DNA from: Mobula birostris
Taxonomy: Eukaryota
DNA: 64,000 bases
Direction of reading: 5' to 3'
Assembly: GCF_030028105.1 (NCBI RefSeq)
Contig: NC_092379.1
Location: 46,052,150 to 46,116,149, forward strand
Shown here: in pieces, positions 1 through 12,165 of the stretch
Layout of the letters: the number at the start of each line of letters is the position of its first letter
How positions within the stretch are numbered: the first letter of the stretch is position 1
Program-made: the position numbers and the translations under genes
Notes under the pieces: generated by a model
The model's database searches: none
What the model was told of the DNA's origin: nothing
The model's input: the letters and a program-made list of their open reading frames with translations, nothing else

Positions 1-279
1 TGATGGCTATCACAGCCTCATTGAGCTGAACTGTCCATTACCTTGTCACTGAGAGAAAATCAGTCTTTGTGTGGCCGTTCCATTCTTCAACCTTGATCTC
101 TAACACCATCATTTCTGCTGTTATAATTGACTTGGATCCAGAATGACTGTAATGACAGATCAGATTAGATGGTGGTCAATCCTGCAGTTGTAAGCAAATG
201 TCACAGCACAGGTAATGCAGACTTCCCCTAGTAGGCTCGTCCATGAGCTCCACTAAAAAGGCATCATGTAGGTGTTCAG

Positions 280-1616
280 AATCAGAAGCAGGTTTATTAT
301 CACCAGCATGTGACATGAAATTTGTTAACTTAGCAGCAGCAGTTCAATGCAATACACAATCTAGCAGAGACAGAAAAAAATTAAAATGAAACATAATAAT
401 AAATAAACAAGTAAATCAATTACATATATTGAATAGATTATTTTAAAATGTGCAAAAACAGAAATACTGTTTATTAAAAAAGTGAGGCAGTGTCCAAAGC
501 TTCAAAGTCCATTCAGGAATTGGATGGCAGAGAGGAAAATCTGTTCCTGAATTGCTGAGTGTTTGCCTAAAGGTTTCTGTATGTCCTACCTGATGGTAAC
601 GGTGAGAAAAGGGCATGCCCTGGGTGCTGGAGGTTTTTAATAATGGATGTTGCCTTTCTGAGACACTGCTCCTTTAAGATGTCTTGGGTACTTTGCAGGC
701 TACTGTCCAAGATGGAGCTGACTATATTTACAACCTTCTGCAGCTTCTTTTGGTCCTGTGCAGTTGCCACTCCATACCAGACAGTGATGCAGCCTGTCAG
801 AATGCTCTCCACGGTACAACTACAGAAGTTTTTGAGTGTATTTGTTGACATGCCAAATGGCTTCAAACTCCTAATAAAGTGTAGCCACTGTCTTGCCTTC
901 TTTATGACTACATCAATGTGTTGTGACCAGGTTAGATCCTCAGAGATCTTGACACCCAGGAACATGAAGCTGCTCACTCTCTCCACTTCTGATCACTCTA
1001 TGAGGATTGGTATGTGTTCCTTTGTCTTACCCTTCCTGAAGTCCACAATCAGCTCTTTTGTCTTACTGATGTTGTGTGCCAGGTTGTTGCTGCGGCACCA
1101 TTCCACTAGTTGGCATATCTCACTCCTGTACAGCCTCTCGTCACCACCTGAGATTCTACCAACAATGGTTGTATTATCAGCAAATTTGTAGATAGTATTT
1201 GAGCTATACCTAACCACACAATCAGGTGTATACAGAGAGTAGAGCAGTGCGCTAAGCACACACCCCTGAGATGCACCAGTGTTGATCGTCAGTGAGGAGG
1301 ATATATTATCACCAATCCGCACAGACTGTGGTCTTCCGGTTAGGAAGTCGATGGTCCAATTACAGAGGGAGGTACGGAGGCCCAGGTTCTGCAACTTCTG
1401 AATCAGGATTGTGGGAATGATGGTATTAAATGCTGAGCTATAGTCGATGAACAGCATCCTGACGTAGGGGTTTGTGTTGTCTAGGTGGTCTAAAGCTGTG
1501 TGAAGAGCCAAGGAGTGTGCATCTGCTATTGACCTATTGTGACGATAGGCAAATTCCAACGGGTCCGGGTCCTTTTGGTATGCATTTTCTATCTCCATTT
1601 GTAATTTAGAGACCAC
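280..1616 (-). mobile_element. 5'-truncated Rex1/Babar-like non-LTR retrotransposon (RT and C-terminal region, frameshifted)
   Basis: ORFs 993..1616 ([40 protein letters not shown]) and 567..986 (FLGVKISEDLTWSQHI) are typical RT/C-terminal motifs of this family. Boundaries approximate. Confidence 0.8.
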
Positions 1617-1739
1617 ATCTTTCCTACTGTTTGGGGGCCTGAATACAACTCTGACCAGGGTTTGTCTGTTTTTTTTTTAACCTTTGCAGTTCCTTAGTTC
1701 TACCCACAACGATTTAATACCTTCTGACCTGATGTAACC

Positions 1740-3240
1740 TCTTTCTATACATTTGATTTCATTTTTTACCAATCCGCTCTGCCTACCTGCCTGTTATTAA
1801 GAGACCATGTGTATCCTTGCAGGTTAAGCTCCCAGTTATAATCTTCTTTCAACCATGATTCAGTGATACCAGCAACATCATATTTGCTAATCTGTAACTG
1901 TGTTACAAATTCATCTGCCTTATTCTGTATACAGCGCACTTTCAAATATAACACCTTCAACCCTGTATTCATGTTTTTTGATTTTGTCCATCTTTTACAT
2001 TGCAATTCATCTAGTCAACTCAAGTTTGCCAAATCATCAGCTTTCCCTTGCTAGTAGTCTCATTACACACTGCCTACCAACTACCTCATCTTCAGTACTA
2101 TCGCTCTATTTCCTATGGCCCTGTCAAATTAATTTAAACACTCCTGAACCATCCTGCAAGGATATATGTTCCCTTTGGGTACAGGTGAAACCCATCCCTT
2201 TTCTACAGGCTGTACATTCCCCAGAAAATATCCCAATGATCCAAAAATCTGAATCCCCGCCCCCTGCACCAGTTCCTCAGCCATGCATTCATCTGCCAAG
2301 TCATCCTAATCTTACCCTCACTGGTACATGGCATAGGCAGCAACCCAGAGATTACAAACTGAAGATCTTTATTTTCACCTTTCTTCCTAGCTTCCTAAAA
2401 TCTTTCTTCAGGACCTCATTAGCATTCCTATATATGACAATGTGTACCCAAGTCTTCTGGCTACCCCGAATTCAAGGAACCTGGCACCTGAGGGACAACC
2501 TACCATCCAGGTGTCTATCACGTCCACAGAATCTCATCTCTGTTCCCCTAAGACTGGAATCTACTATCAAAATAGAAGTGCTCTTTCACTTCTCTTCTGA
2601 GCCACAGCACCCAGAGACATGATTACTGCAGCTCCCCCCGGCAGGTCATCACCCTCAAGAGTTTCCAAAGTGAATTCATCATTGAGGGGTATGGCCACAG
2701 GTGTACTCTGAACGGGTTGCCCATTTCCATTTCTTCTTCTGATACTCACCCACTTATCAGACTAGCCTCCTGCATCCTAGGGGTAACTAACCCCCTGTAG
2801 CTCTTATCTGTCACCTCCTCATTTTCCGTATGAGCCAAAGGTCACCAAGCTGCAGCTGCAGTTCCTTAATATGTTCCCTGAGGAGCTGTAGCTCAGTGCA
2901 CCAGCTGCAATGTGGATATTCTGGAGGCTGGAGGTCTCCTAAAATACCCACGTTTCACATACAGAACAAAAGATGACTCCCAGAGGCATTCTCTCTGCAC
3001 TAACTGTGCCCTAACAGGCAAGGAACGAAGAACTAAGAAGAAATGGAGAAACTTACCTCACCCAAGCCTGGTGAGCCAAAGGCACTCCAAACACTGGCCC
3101 ACTCACAACAAAGATACCTCCACTTGTGTCTGCATTTCTTTTATTTGCCCTTTCTAAAGAGTCCTGCTCAGTGATTGGTCACAGTCCAACTCCAAAAAAC
3201 TGCCGCAAATTTCTGTCTTTTTAATCCACAGCGTAAACCT
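1740..3240 (-). mobile_element. Degenerate CR1-like LINE 5' part (ORF1 remnant and start of the APE endonuclease)
   Basis: ORF 1766..2005 LKVLYLKVRCIQNKADE...DVAGITESWL matches the CR1 ORF2 endonuclease N-terminus; upstream sequence resembles CR1 ORF1. Confidence 0.65.
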
Positions 3241-3300
3241 TAGTGAAAAGTTAATTCTCTTCTCATGCTCCCGTGCAGTGATCAGTCACTGTCCAATTCA

Positions 3301-3600
3301 TTGAAACCTATCAAATGTTGAAAGGCCTTGATAGATTGGAAGTGGAGAGGATGTTTCCTATGGAGTTGTGGAAGAATTTCTTCAGCCAGAGAGTGGCAAA
3401 TCTGTGGAATTCGGTGCTACAGGCAGCTATAGAGGCCAAGTTATTGGTTATATTTAAGGCAGAGGTTGACATGTTCTTGATTGGTGAGGGCATAAAGGGA
3501 TACTGGGGAAAGGCAGGAGATTGGGGCTGAGAGCTGGAGCAGACGTGATGGGCCAAATGGACTAATTCTGCTCCTATACCTTATGGTCTTATGCTCATAT
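3301..3600 (+). mobile_element. CR1 LINE 3' end fragment
   Basis: MLKGLDRLEVERMFPM...NFFSQRVANLWNS...FKAEVDMFL, the characteristic CR1 ORF2 C-terminus. Confidence 0.8.
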
Positions 3601-3949
3601 CTTCATGGTTACTCGTGTCACTGAATCAGCATTCACAGTAACTGTCTAATAGAGAACATTGCCTGGACTGGTAACGTTGCCATATGATCTTACACTTAAC
3701 TCACTGTTGGTTGTTGATTTTTCTACAATATAGTTAGGAAGAAAACTCCAAAAAAGTTACATCACCTACACCTTTCCTGCTTATTGCCTTTATCCAGAGG
3801 CAGAATAACAGGTTGCCATACACCAGAAGGGCCAAAGGGCCTGTTTCTGTGCTGTAGTGTTCGATAATTCTATCAACCTATTTTACTGTCATAATGGAAT
3901 TAACTAACAGTCATATCAAATATTACCAGCCAGGGTTATACAGACATTA

Positions 3950-5020
3950 CTAAAATAGCTCTAGACAAGACTGTCCCCATGGAATTGTTCAGAGCCTTCT
4001 CCATTTAGAAGCCCTGGATGAACCAAGAAATCCAACATTTGCTGAGGGCCAGATCAGGGGCATTCAAATCAGGAAACCAGGAATACTACACAAAGTGCAG
4101 ATATGATCTCCGGAAAGACATCATAGGGGCGAAGAGGGGATTCTGGACCAACCTGGAAACAATGAAGGATGCTCGACAGATGTGGCAGGCTTTGAATGTT
4201 GTAATCTTCTCCAGATTTAAATCAAGCGACGTGGGGACAGCAGGGTTCTGCTTCCAGATGAGCTCAATCCGTTCTATGCTCATTTTGACCATCAGAAATG
4301 GAGGAACCATCGTAACCACTCACATCTCCTGATGATCCTTTGGTCACAGTTTCTGAAACTAGTGTCGGCTGCCGTCAGGAGGACGAATTCACTGAAAGCT
4401 TTCAAGTACTATGACCTGTGCTGACTAACTGGATGGTGTGTTCAGTGATATCTTTGACCTCTCACTTTGGTAGTGTGTAGTACCCACCTGCTTCAAGCAG
4501 GCTTCAATCATACCGGTGCCCAGGAAGAGCATGGTGTCCCACCTCAATGGCTATTGTCCGGTTGCACCTACATCCATGGTGATTAATTGTTTTGGGAGGC
4601 TGGTGAAGAAACATATCAGCTCCTACCTCATTGGCGATGAATCCACTCCAATTTGTGGACCGGAACAGCAGATGCCATCTTATTGGCTCTTCACATAACC
4701 CTAGAACATCTGGACAACAAAGATGCATACACTAGAATGTTACTTATCAATTACAGATCAGCTTTTATTACTATCATTCCTCAAAACTAAAGAATAAACT
4801 CAAAGACCTAGGCCACAATGTCTACTTGTGCAGCTGGATCCTGGATTACCTCACTTGCAGACCCCAGTCAGTTCAGATTGACAAAAACATCTCCTCCATG
4901 ATCTCCATCAGTATAGGTGCACCACATGGCTGTGTGCTTAGCCCCCTACTCTACTCGCTTTACATCTGTCACTTTGGCTAAGCACAGCTCCAAAACCATA
5001 TTCAAATTTTCCAGTGACAG
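3950..5020 (+). mobile_element. Degenerate Rex1-like LINE RT fragment
   Basis: LRARSGAFKSGNQE..KCRYDLRKDI, CPVAPTSMVINCFGRLVKKHI, and a GAP(H)GCVLSPLLYSL-like stretch near 4915-4960. Confidence 0.7.
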
Positions 5021-5099
5021 CACTGGGCGTCAGTTACCTGTTGATGTGAACATTTACGAGTTTGTGTAAGTGTTATATCACAGTTCACTCATTGGTTTA

Positions 5100-5740
5100 A
5101 TTTAAAAAAAGATGGATGACTGGCAAGCACATGGTACATCCCAAAACTATTTCATGTGGAGATAAGCCTGTTATGTAATTTGAACTGCAGCGCATTGACA
5201 TAAAGGCTACTGGAAGCACACCTGACCGCTTTAGCTGAGTCTCATCAGACAATTTAGTAAACCTGCATTTCATGACCATTCAGTCTTTTAGCTGCCCCGT
5301 AATTTCTAAGGGTGGTAGGGGCTGGTGAAATTCTTCTTCCACTACAAGGCTTTCAGCATCTCAAATAAGTTTACACATAAAGTGAGAACAGTTGTCACTT
5401 AAAATTTTCTTGGGGATACAAAACCAAGGAATAAATTCTCACAACAAAAATTATCAACAGTTATGCCATAATTTCTCTGAGTTGGAAAAGCTTTTCTCCA
5501 TGGACATAACCACGGGTAATAACAAGTGTATTGTAGGTTTTCACAAATAAAAACACAGAGTTACTTTATGTTTATGAAAAGCCATAGCAACTCTTCCGTT
5601 GTACTCCAAACACTGAACACAGTGCAGCAAAAACTTAATGTAATTACATCATATCTTAAAGTGAAACCCCAAATCAATGCAAGTCATTCTGAATTATGTA
5701 TACTTCCACAATTACGTTACCCTACATAGGTGCCCTCCCC
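5100..5740 (-). mobile_element. Endogenous retrovirus integrase relic, class I (gamma/epsilon)-like
   Basis: Minus-strand translation gives IPWFCIPKKILSDNCSHF (~5380-5432), SPYHP, and LPVAFMSMRCSSNYITGLSPHEIVLG; multiple stops and frameshifts. Confidence 0.6.
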
Positions 5741-5995
5741 TTCCCCCACCCCCCACCCCTGCAGAATTCACTGAAACCAGCATTGTGTGTCAGTCTGGTG
5801 CTCGGGCAAGCTGCCTGGCTTGAGTCCTGTGTTCCATGGGTGGAGTAACAGAAGCTGCCTCTGGCTTGTCCAGAGGTGTATTGACATGCTCATCGTCATG
5901 TAATGACAACAGGGGCATGGTAGCAGAATCCTCCAAATTTTGTTGGGCCAGTTTAAGACAATCTACCAAAATATGTTCATGTTTCCTCGTCTTAT

Positions 5996-6514
5996 CTATT
6001 CTCCCTGTTTCAAAATGCAGACCAGGCCATCGTAAGGGGTCCTAAGGGGTTGTTGGCATGCATTATGCCAGACAAAAGCAAACAAGGTGGAATGTGGGTC
6101 AACAGGAACCCAAGAGTGCTGTACACCGTGATGAGAGATAGGAATATGTGAAAAGGAATTGACTTTACTATGCTGGGTAGAATGCTGTTGAGATGCCAAC
6201 AAGATAGTCATGGCATCAGGAATGACATCACCTGGCACTTGTAATGGCTGCCCAAATACTAACTCAACCACGGATGACTGGAGGTTCTCTTTTGGAACTG
6301 TTCTGAGCCCCAGCAGGACCCACAGGAGACAATCATGCTGACACTCATCAGTCAGGGAAGCCCTCCGAGCAGCCTTTAAGGAGTTGTGAAACCACTTGCA
6401 TAGGCCATTGGACTGTGGGTGATGTGCTGTAATGTGTTGTAGCCTAATTCCAAGGTTCTGGTTCATGGCAGCCTGGAGGGAAAGAGTGCCTGACACCTCC
6501 ACACCTCCACCCAT
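5996..6514 (-). mobile_element. Gypsy LTR-retrotransposon integrase fragment
   Basis: HITAHHPQSNGLCKWFHNSLKAA...WVLLGLRTVPKENLQSSVVELVFGQPLQVPG. Confidence 0.75.
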
Positions 6515-7109
6515 AATTGTATTAGTTCATGAAAAGAATTTCTAAAGTATTGGCAACCTGATCACACTAGAATGTGACATGGGCTTAAAGTTCTGCTGTT
6601 GCCTTAGCGAAGAAGTTATCTCTTTCATTCTCTTTAGTATTTAGTATGAGCCGCATAGTTGATAACATCAATTGCATTAAGTGGTTGGAAAGCAGCAAAA
6701 AGTTCATAGTTCATTGACCATGTTTAATTGGAGCTCTGAAGGTGGGAAAGAAATGTAGGTTCCATAATTACCCCTTGTCATGAACTCCTCCAAAGGCATA
6801 CTGAAATTTAGCACACCGGCTGCAAAGATGCAGGCTTTTGTTAAGGCAAAGAGGTTTCATCTGCTTGAGCAAACAGGAGTGAAGGTAGCCGTGATTAACA
6901 TATTATATGATGTACACACACTAGATATAGACTAGAGGATTTCATTGTATCATATCGGGAGGAAAAACCATCACAGAAAAATTACAGGCAGGCTTCCGTC
7001 AGATGGCATTACACAATGGTCAGAATTAAAATCATACAAAATCCTAAGTACAGTTCGGGAACGGATATTTAAAGTAAATACAGAAACGCTACAACTACCC
7101 ATTTAGCTC

Positions 7110-7800
7110 CTCCCTTATCTCGATTCATGGCTCCAAACAGTCCTTCCAGGTCAGGCAACATTTCAACTACGTATTTGTTGTGGCTTACACTGATGAGGCC
7201 TAATGTAAATTGGTGGATCATTTTTTCGAGCAGCACCGCTCCATTAGCCAAAAGCAGAATTTACCAGTGGATAATCATTTTAATTATTATCCCCATTTCC
7301 GTACGGACATGTCAGCGCCTGGCCTCCTCTTTTTCCATGAGAAGACCACCCTCTCAGTGTGGGGGCAACACCTCATATTTCGTCTAGGTGGTCTCCAACC
7401 TGATTGCCTTTATATCAACTTCTCCTTATTTTCCCACCCCCTATCCTTCTATTCCTTCTAAGAGGCCCTTTACTTCTTCTCCTCCCCCTAGTGCCCCTCC
7501 TCCTCCCCTTTCTCCCTTGGTTCCCTCTCCTGTCCTATCAGATTTCTTCTCCAGTGCTTTAAATTTCCCATCCACCTTGCTTCACATACCATCTTACAGC
7601 TAGTTCACCTTTCTCTCCTCCCCCACAACTTTTTTATTATTCTGGTGTCTTCCCCCTTCATTTACAGTCCTGAAGAGGGTTTCGGCTGAAAAAGTCAACT
7701 GTTTATTCATTTGCATAAATGCTGCCTGACCTGCTGAGTTTTTCCAGCATTTTCTGCATGTTCCTTTGGGTTTCCAGCATCTGTAGAATCTCTTGTGTTT
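7110..7800 (+). mobile_element. Penelope-like element 3' part (GIY-YIG C-terminus plus terminal tail)
   Basis: DHFFEQHRSISQKQNLPVDNHFN...QHLIFRLGGLQPD, a pyrimidine-rich tract, then the tail GTCCTGAAGAGGG...GATGCTGCCTGACCTGCTGAG-like. Confidence 0.7.
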
Positions 7801-8114
7801 TTATTTACAGTAAACTGGATTGTCCATGGTGCTGGTGGCGGTGGAGGCGGGAACTGTTACCAAAGTTGCCTTGGCCAGACGGCATCTTCAATACCAGTGG
7901 ACAGGCTCTTCGCAAATAAATACATACACTTGACCGTCATCCCTATGTATACTCCTGCTGTGTCCACCATCCTATTTCCCTATCTGTTGAATCAAAGAAC
8001 TGCAAACCCCATATATTGAGAATGGTATTATTTAAACAGCTATGCTGCCCAAAACAAAAAAAAAATACAAGTTTCTGGTGTGTCACATGAGCCATACTTT
8101 AGGTGGATTGGACC

Positions 8115-8985
8115 TTAAAACATAGGAGCAGAATTGAGCCATTTGGCCCATTGAGTCTGCTCCGCCATGCAGTGACAGTTGATCCTTTTTCTTGACCGCA
8201 TCCTCAACCCCAGTTCCCGGCCTTCTCCCCGTAATCTTGGATGCCATGTCCAATCAAGAACCTATCAATCTCTGCCTTAAATACACCCAACAACCCAGCC
8301 TCCATAGCTGCATGTGGCTGTAAGTTCCACAGGTTCACCACCCTTTGGCTAAATAAATTTCTCCACATTTCTGTTTTTAAAGGGTGCCCCTCTATCCTGA
8401 GGCTGTGCCCTCTTGTCCTGGACTCTCCGACTGTGGGAAACATCGTTTCTGCATCTACTCTGTCTCGGCCTATCAATGGTTGAAAGGTTTCAATGAGATT
8501 CTTCCTCATTATTCTGAATTCCAGCAGGTACAGACCCAGAACCATCAAATGTTCCTCGTAAGGTAACCCTTTCATTCCTGGAATCATCCTTGTGAACCTC
8601 CTCTGGACCCTCTCCACTGGCAGCCCATCTTTTCTAAGCTGAGGGGACAAAAACTGTTCACAATACTCAAGATTCCTGGATTTTCTCCCTGTTTAGAAAA
8701 TAGTCCGCACATTGATTTCTACTACCACAGTACATGACCATGGATTTTCCAGCATTGCGTTTCATTTGCCACTTTCTTGCCCATTCTCCTAATCTGTCAA
8801 AATCCGTCTGCATCCTACCTGTTTCCTCAACACTACCTGCCCCTCCACCAACCTTCATATCATCTGCAAACTTGGCAACAAAAAGCCATTTATTCCATCA
8901 TCTAAATCATTTATATACTGCACAACATAAAAAGAAGTGGTCCCCACCTTGACCCCTGCAGAACACCACTAGTCACTGGCAGCCA
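8115..8985 (-). mobile_element. CR1 LINE 3' fragment
   Basis: ORF 8204..8650 (ERVQRRFTRMIPGMKGLPYEE...SQRVVNLWNL) and RT end at 8667..8858. Confidence 0.85.
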
Positions 8986-10049
8986 TCCAGAAAAGGGATA
9001 CAACATCTAGTTCATTCTCAGATTCTGGTGCTAAATATTTCTTTTGAAACACTGAGGTGGACACTGTTATCTTTTGTCTGTTCTTTCTCTGCCTTTCTCT
9101 TCTTTAACTTTTGCTCACTTTACTTTTTTACATGATTCATCTAATGTCTTTAGCATTTCACATTGACATTAAGCAATCACAGGCCACCCGATAGTCTCAA
9201 ATTTCCCTTTCTCTAATGGCACCTGTAGGCTCACTTAGTCCACTCCACCCACATAATACACTTCGGAACATACCTAATGGCTTCTGGTACAATTGCACTG
9301 AGTCCTTTAGAGGTCCGGAAAAAGGGGATTTTCATGCTACCATTCACACACACACAATAGAGACGCACACGTTTTGGAATTTAACCACATACTCACTAAA
9401 TTTGCTTTTGCTTCGTGCAGGGCACAACCCGGACCACAGCAACTTAATGTGGGACAATATCCTGACCATGGAAATCTTTTTTATTTAATGCTGCAGTCTG
9501 TGTATCTTGGTGGCTAAACTGTTGGCTTTACTTGACTATTTCACACTGGAGGAAAACGTGCGTTTCACCAGTAGACTCAGCCCTCTGCTGAAATACAAGC
9601 AGCCTAGGATTTAAGACTGTTCGGCTACCGGGGTTGACTTACATTTTTCCCGTAGAATTAGCCGCCTCAGTAGAACCTCCAAGTAACTGTTATCGCTGAT
9701 AATAAAATAATGAACATCACTGGGCCTAGGCAGAACACACGCAACCTTACGACTCAAATTATTTAGTTTACTTATACACAAATAGAACAGCATGACCCCT
9801 GTCCCCACAGTGTCTGAACAGAAAAATGCTATTACCTTACAGATTGTCCTGCCAGTTAACGACATTGACCATTTGGTAAATTACATATTTTTGAGTTCCT
9901 TACAATCGTCAGGTGTGAAAAGCAAATCGCAACTTGAAGATGACAGCCGCTGAAGTTAGTAAAGCAATTGTCTTTATTTGTTGGATGTATTTTACATCCT
10001 TTTATTATCTCTATCTCGTCTGTCTCCGGCATTCCTTACTCTGTAAAGG

Positions 10050-10585
10050 GACGCTATGTTCTTCTGATGAAACACTATCACAGTCATTCTCACCGATCTG
10101 TCCGCAATAGCTAATTTGGTCCCCAGCGGTCTCCCTTCTCTCATCTGACAACACACGCCGCAGTCATCCTTTCCGGCTTGTGGTCTTCCATCCTTATCTC
10201 ACCGCAATCTCTACAGTATGCCCAGGCTACAACACGTAATGTGATCCCGCACAGATTCTCCATCTTCCTCTGGTGCTCCCCTCCCCTTTTCTTTCTTCCA
10301 AGGCCCTCGGTCCTATGATACTCCCCCTTCTCCAGCCTTATCTCTTTTGCTAATCAACCTCCCAGCTCTTGGCTTCATCCCTCCCCTTCCTGTCTTATCC
10401 TATCATTTCGGGTCTCCCCCTCCCTCTCCCACTTTCAAATCTCTTACTATCTCTTTTTTTTGTTAGTCCTTATGAAGGGCCTCAACCCGAAACATCGACT
10501 ATATTTCTTCCTTCAGTTGCTGCGTTCCACCAGCATATTATGCGTGTTGCTTGAATTTCCAGCATCTGCAGATTTTCTCATGGTC
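10050..10585 (+). mobile_element. Penelope-like element 3' fragment with terminal tail
   Basis: Same pyrimidine-rich 3' region and tail as at 7110-7800 (GTCCTTATGAAGGGCCTCAACCCGAAACATCGACT...CCAGCATCTGCAGA). Confidence 0.55.
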
Positions 10586-10955
10586 CCACATAGGCTGTTG
10601 AGTCTATAAACTTGCTATCATTGAGAACGGTAAAAGAAAGAGTCTATTATGTTTCTCGGCTGTAAACGAAGTCTCCAATCTTCTCTGTTGACCTTTCATC
10701 ACAGTCGGTACTTATGGAGTGGCCAGATGATATTGCACTCGCAGTCGGCAGAAAAATGTATTACCATAACCCGAAAGCTGCCTGTCTGCTCACACTGGAA
10801 GAACAGTGTAGCTGTAAATGTATGTACTTCTTGGTTATTTATCTACTTTGGTAGTCCAATTTTATGTGGAAAGTTTTCCCATTTCTCATGGAAATGTTCT
10901 GACCTTCAGCCTGATCAAATACCTGTGAAAGGAGACCCTGTGCAGCACATCGGTC

Positions 10956-11813
10956 TGTTAAAATAAGAACACCTAACGAAACGCAGAGCCTTGGTCACGG
11001 GAGACAGGAACACAGAGCCTTGGTCGAGGGAGACAGGAACGCAGAGCCTTGGTTGAGGGAAAATAGGAACGCAGAGCCTCAGTCGTGAGACAACAGGAAC
11101 GCAGAGCCTCGGTCGTGAGACAACAGGAACACAGAGCCTTTGTCGAGGGAGACTGGAACGCAGAGCCTCGGTCAAGAGACAACAGGAACGCAGAGCCTTG
11201 ATCGAGGGAGAACAGGAATGCAGTGCCTTGGTTGTGAGAAACAGGAACATGGAACACAGAGCCAGGAGCCATCCTTGGGAACAGGAATTGGGGCCGAGGC
11301 TCTACACAAGATCAGGACCCCTACTAGGGAGCAGGACGTAGGACTGGGACACATACACAGAACACTGAGAGACAGATCTCCACTCAAGGTAGCGGCAAAC
11401 GGCCGGACCTATCCAGCGGAGGCGAAGGCACAAAGAGATGGTTTCTAACACAAGGTAGGGGCAAACGGCCGGACCTACCTAGCGAAGGCATGGACACAGA
11501 GACAGTTCCCAACTCAAGGAATCAGCAAACGGCCTACCTAACGGAGGCGTGGACAGAAGTGAGGTAGCAGTCGAGGTTTCAGGCGAAGATATCAGGCGAG
11601 GACTACACAATGAAGGGAAGGGAATAGTCCAGCAAATAAAGCTGAAACCAGGAGCTATTTATGTAGCCAACCCAAAATCAGAATCATGTGTCTCAATTAA
11701 GGCACACAACAAGACAAGGGAAAAGCAGAAAACCTGGAATACTGATCAATGGACTGCACAGTGAACCGGAATGCGGATATCATGGACCGGACCATGACAT
11801 CACCACGGTAACA
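10956..11813 (-). mobile_element. Probable solo LTR with internal tandem arrays
   Basis: Bounded by TGTTA (10956) and TAACA (11813) inverted ends; contains a ~30-bp array and ~60-bp repeats (CAAGGTAG..GGCAAACGGCC) at ~11380-11560. No TSD found; orientation uncertain. Confidence 0.45.
10978..11262. repeat. Minisatellite, ~9-10 copies of a 29-30 bp unit (GGAACGCAGAGCCTTGGTCGAGGGAGACA-like)
   Basis: CAGAGCC recurs at ~30-bp spacing from ~10983 to ~11260. Confidence 0.9.
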
Positions 11814-11964
11814 GGAGTAATATTTCAAATCTTTTATGTTAGGATCAAAAACTTTCATCCTTGTAGAAACCCAGGAGAAGCTAAAATCTAATACTGTGGA
11901 CTGTCAAGTGAAAACTTGCCCTAAATCACGAGAAAAATGAATTATCTCAGCAATAGATTATACA

Positions 11965-12165
11965 CTTATTGTTGCAACACACACAAAATCCTGGAGCGAC
12001 CCCTGCAGGGCAGGCAGCATCTATGGAAAAGAGTATGGTCGACGTTTTGGCCTGAAACCCTTCGGCAAGACTGGGAAAAAAATGCTGAGGAGTAGACTCA
12101 AAAGGGTGGGGAGGGGAGAGAGAAACACAAGGAGACAGGTGAACCCTGAAGGGGGAGGGATGAAG
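11965..12165 (-). mobile_element. Penelope-like terminal tail fragment
   Basis: Reverse complement of the recurrent tail (CACACAAAAT..GGCAGCATCTATGG..GTCGACGTTT). Confidence 0.6.

Noticed and set aside
643-2622. Long + strand ORFs (643..1191, 1900..2622) and similar antisense ORFs elsewhere
   Set aside because: They are antisense shadows of LINE coding sequence with no independent protein motifs.
9806-9833. Isolated CACAGTG heptamers (9806; also ~17933 and ~41044)
   Set aside because: No nonamer at RSS spacing and no adjacent V, D or J coding sequence; expected by chance.
10915-11448. Repetitive ORFs over the 30-bp array, and CRISPR-like periodicity
   Set aside because: The ORFs are by-products of a tandem repeat; units are contiguous without unique spacers, and the DNA is eukaryotic.
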